A DNA stretch of 64,000 nt, from positions 97,247 through 161,246 of the forward strand of contig NIVC01002565.1 of the NCBI GenBank assembly GCA_002269645.1. Reading direction: 5' to 3'. The notes under the pieces are model-generated. The model made no database searches, was not told the origin of the DNA, and saw nothing but the letters and a program-made list of their open reading frames with translations. Below, piece by piece: positions 60,958 to 64,000 of this stretch (the stretch's first letter is position 1; each line of letters begins with the position of its first letter). Both the position numbers and the translations under genes were made by a program. Source of the stretch: Macrostomum lignano. Lineage: Eukaryota.

Positions 60958-62698
60958 TTCAGACTACTCAGGCACAGAGGCAGTTGTGAGCAGCGTCTAA
61001 AGTTTCTGTATTGTTCCTTGGTTGGGAATTTCACGAATTTAAAGCCAACTCTAGCGCCAAGCTAACCCATTGTATTCGCGTTTCATTGTCGTTGGATGAG
61101 CAGTCCGGACTTTTCTTGCTTGTTTCCGCCTCGCCCTCTCTTGCATCGCTCAGGGAAAAATTCCAGAAAATTCCAGATTCTTAAAGACTTGACTAAAATC
61201 CTCTTTATCTTCTTTGCAGTTCCCAGTGCCGCAGCCGTTCCACCTCCCCCCCCCTCCAACCGTGACGCCACGGGCCGCCTGCGTTTTGCCTTCCACTGGA
61301 TGGGGTGACAAGCAAAATTTGCTGGAACTTTCAAGAGTTCCACCCACGCAGTTCTTAAATATGATACAACTAACGCATCAGCTACCAAGTGGTTTCTAGT
61401 TCGTAATCATAAGCAGCTTCGTTGGCATGCATCTTACATCAAATTTGCGATTCTTTGAAAGTTTTTATGTCTAAATCGAAAATGCTAACACTTTTGTCAA
61501 CAATATCTGACAACTCAGGATGCTGTGAATCGTTGCTCAGATACTGCAAAACTTTGTTCAGCTTTAGATTAAAAAGCAAATTTGTGAAAATCGTTTCAAC
61601 CAAACCGAACTTATGATAACTTCAGCAAAAGCTGACGCAAAACTCTGCTGTCTGTTGTGTGCAAACTGACACATGTAGGCCAGCCTGAGTTGTCTGTAAA
61701 AAGCCGAGAAGAGAGAAAGACCGCTGCTAGAAAGAGAATATTGAACACTTTAATTTATGAAAAATCTTCTTGAAAGAAGAACTTGTAAAGAACTAGAAGA
61801 AGAACTCGTAAAGCTTCACTTTTACTAGTATCATCACGAAAACAGTGAATGACCATCCTATTGTGCGAAAGACCGGCTCTCAACATCTAATTTTAGAGCT
61901 TCCAAATATGGTAAATGTTAACCTGAAATTGACCCAAATCTCACCCTTTTTATTTAAACAGCCCATCCCCTGTCAAACTATAAAATTACTTTTGTAACCT
62001 CATAAAAAACCTGTTGAGCCCAAGGTCGGCTCGAGGTCCGACTCGGAGCAGCCTCATGAGAACTTGAGATTTATCCAGAACTAGAATCAAAACGAGACTA
62101 CATCTCCGAGAGAAGTGTATACGAATCAGTAAGCCTTTGTTGAAGTCTTTGTTATTTTATTATCGAGAGGTGAGTCATTGCTGGCCGTTACTGATCAGTT
62201 GATTTCTATTGAGTTCTTGAATTATAGTCTCTCTCTCCCTCGTCAAGAAAGATAGTAAAAGATAGAAGTATTAGCTGATTCTGCTGTTTGACAATGACAA
62301 TAATCACTCAGAAAAAAGCAATTCATACTACTATGAGCAGATTATTGACTCCGATAGAATTTTTCGCAGCCTGACATCTCCTCAGTTTTAAAACAGGTTT
62401 TAAAAAGGCAAAGACGAGACAAAAAAGTCTTTACGATGCATTAAAGAGACAAATTCCAAAGACCCGATGTTTTACTTTTAGTTTCCGTGTCAAACAGTTG
62501 GAAAGAAACTTTTAATCAGTAGTTCAAAGAAATCGAGGTCTATAGTTTCAATTCTAACATTATTTAGACGAAAAACAAACAGTTATTTTCTTCCCAGTTC
62601 AGAGTTCCAGTTTCAGTTTGACTCGCGGTGCCGATGCTTCAAACAGAAATTTCCAAATCTTCCGGCCAAATTGAGGGTGCAGCCGACTCTCAAAGCAA

Positions 62699-64000
62699 TC
62701 AAAGTCCCATTCGGAACGCCAGTCTGCCAAAGTAGTAAGTTATCAGAGCAGCCAGGACCACGAAGGCCAAGGGAACTAAATAGAAAATGGCCTGCTTCTT
62801 AGAATTCTCATAGTTCTGCATGTTGATGGCGATGAGTTGCTCCTCAGATAGGGGAGAAACTGCGGTGATGGGCGCCTGGGTCGTTTCAGAGGCTGCTGCT
62901 GGCGACGTGGTGGTCGGCGACATTGTTTTGGGGGGTGTGGTTGTGGTGGTTGGCATAGTTGTGGTGGTCGGCGCAGTTGTTGTGGTCGGCGCAGTTGTGG
63001 TGGTCGGCGCAGTTGTTGTGGTCGGCGCAGTTGTGGTGGTCGGCGCAGTTGTTGTGGTCGGCGCAGTTGTGGTGGTCGGCGCAGTTGTTGTGGTCGGCGC
63101 AGTTGTGGTGGTCGGCGCAGTTGTGGTGGTCGGCTCAGTTGTTGTGGTGGTCGCGCAGTTGTGGTGGTCGGCGCAGTTGTGGTGGTCGGCGCAGTTGTGG
63201 TGGTCGGCGCAGTTGTGGTGGTCGGCTCAGTTGTTGTGGTGGTCGGCGCAGTTGTGGTGGTCGGCTCAGTTGTTGTGGTGGTCGCGCAGTTGTGGTGGTC
63301 GGCTCAGTTGTTGTGGTGGTCGGCGCAGTTGTGGTGGTCGCGCAGTTTGTGGTGGTCGGCGCAGTTGTGTCAGTAATGTTGACCAGAAGAGTGCACACAA
63401 ACTGAGATGAACTGGAACTGCCCTGCTCTTTTAGATACTGAGGACTACCTTTTTCAACGACAATCACTCTCTGGGAATCGGTTGTTTTCTCTCTTAGATA
63501 TCCGTCATTCAAAGCGAATCCGTCAGCTCTCAGGTTGGCGCCATAGCTGTCATTGAACCTGTACTGCATTACCTCGTATGCCATAAGGCAGAAATCGTAC
63601 TGACAGCGGGTCTTGAAGGAGTTGAACACGCTGGAATACGAGAGTAGCATACACCTACATGCGCCTCGTATGTATATAAATATCAAGCAGTTCGAGCAGT
63701 CAAATAAGCGACACAGCTCACCTTTGAAAGGCCACCCGAGCAGCGGTCTCAGTGAGATCAATCAGCGTCTCTCCGCTGGCCAGGCTGCACATGGTCGGCG
63801 CCTCCCAGAAATCCTTTTTGGAGTCGCCACGTCGAAAGCAAAAGGAGCGACCGTCGCTCGAGTTGGCGCAGGTGTAGCCAGAAGCCGGTGCTGGGCAGCA
63901 GGTCAGGTTGGATATCGGACACACGCACATGCAGATGGCGTAGCCGCCGTCATTTATTTTTCTAGAGTTCCAATTTAGTCACGTCAACTGTGGTGTCCGT
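62699..64000 (-). CDS. Paralogue B of the lectin-like, mucin, TM protein (5'-truncated by the window; frameshifted inside the stalk VNTR as assembled)
   Basis: Exon >64000-63722, intron 63721-63631, exon 63630-62699. The last 68 aa are identical to paralogue A, and the CMCVCPISNLTCCPAPASGYTCANSSDGRSFCFRR block is shared. Confidence 0.7.
62950..63370. repeat. Coding VNTR (17/18/21-bp units, GTCGGCGCAGTTGTGGTG) encoding an APTTTT mucin stalk
   Basis: Units read directly; the 17-bp variants GTCGCGCAG shift the frame. Confidence 0.9.

Noticed and set aside
61083-61399. Short ORFs between the lectin-like paralogues
   Set aside because: No splice-supported model or recognisable motif; low-complexity Pro/Gly content.

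Overview
This is eukaryotic, intron-rich animal DNA with GC-rich exons and AT- and repeat-rich introns. The style suggests a free-living flatworm such as Macrostomum, but that is inference and not established from the sequence. I hand-spliced six gene models. (1) A divergent inositol 1,4,5-trisphosphate receptor-like Ca2+ channel (+, 1390-29621, 47 exons, about 2,800 aa). Its pore lacks the canonical GGGVGD filter (it reads GLIGD) and its IP3-binding site is only partly conserved. (2) A nemo-like kinase (-, 31944-40685, 7 exons, about 503 aa). (3) A MEX-3 KH-domain RNA-binding protein with no RING domain (+, 44738-46780). (4) A TRP channel in which about 5 ankyrin repeats are fused to a TRPM-type MHR4, 6TM and TRP-box core (+, about 51322-57741); it carries an in-frame TAG in the pore loop. 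(5, 6) Two tandem paralogues of a C-type-lectin-like, mucin-stalk, single-pass membrane protein (-). Both appear disrupted, and the second runs off the window edge. Also present: an intact intronic tRNA-Met, a tRNA-Arg(TCG)-like gene with a broken acceptor stem, five copies of a tRNA-headed CORE-like SINE, two hAT-type MITEs with perfect TIRs and 8-bp TSDs, a degraded LINE 3' end, unclassified dispersed repeats, and more than 20 micro- and minisatellites. Most long ORFs in the supplied track are repeat artefacts. No prokaryotic systems or CRISPR arrays were found. Splice models and homologies rest on GT/AG signals, phase continuity and recalled family motifs, not on database searches.
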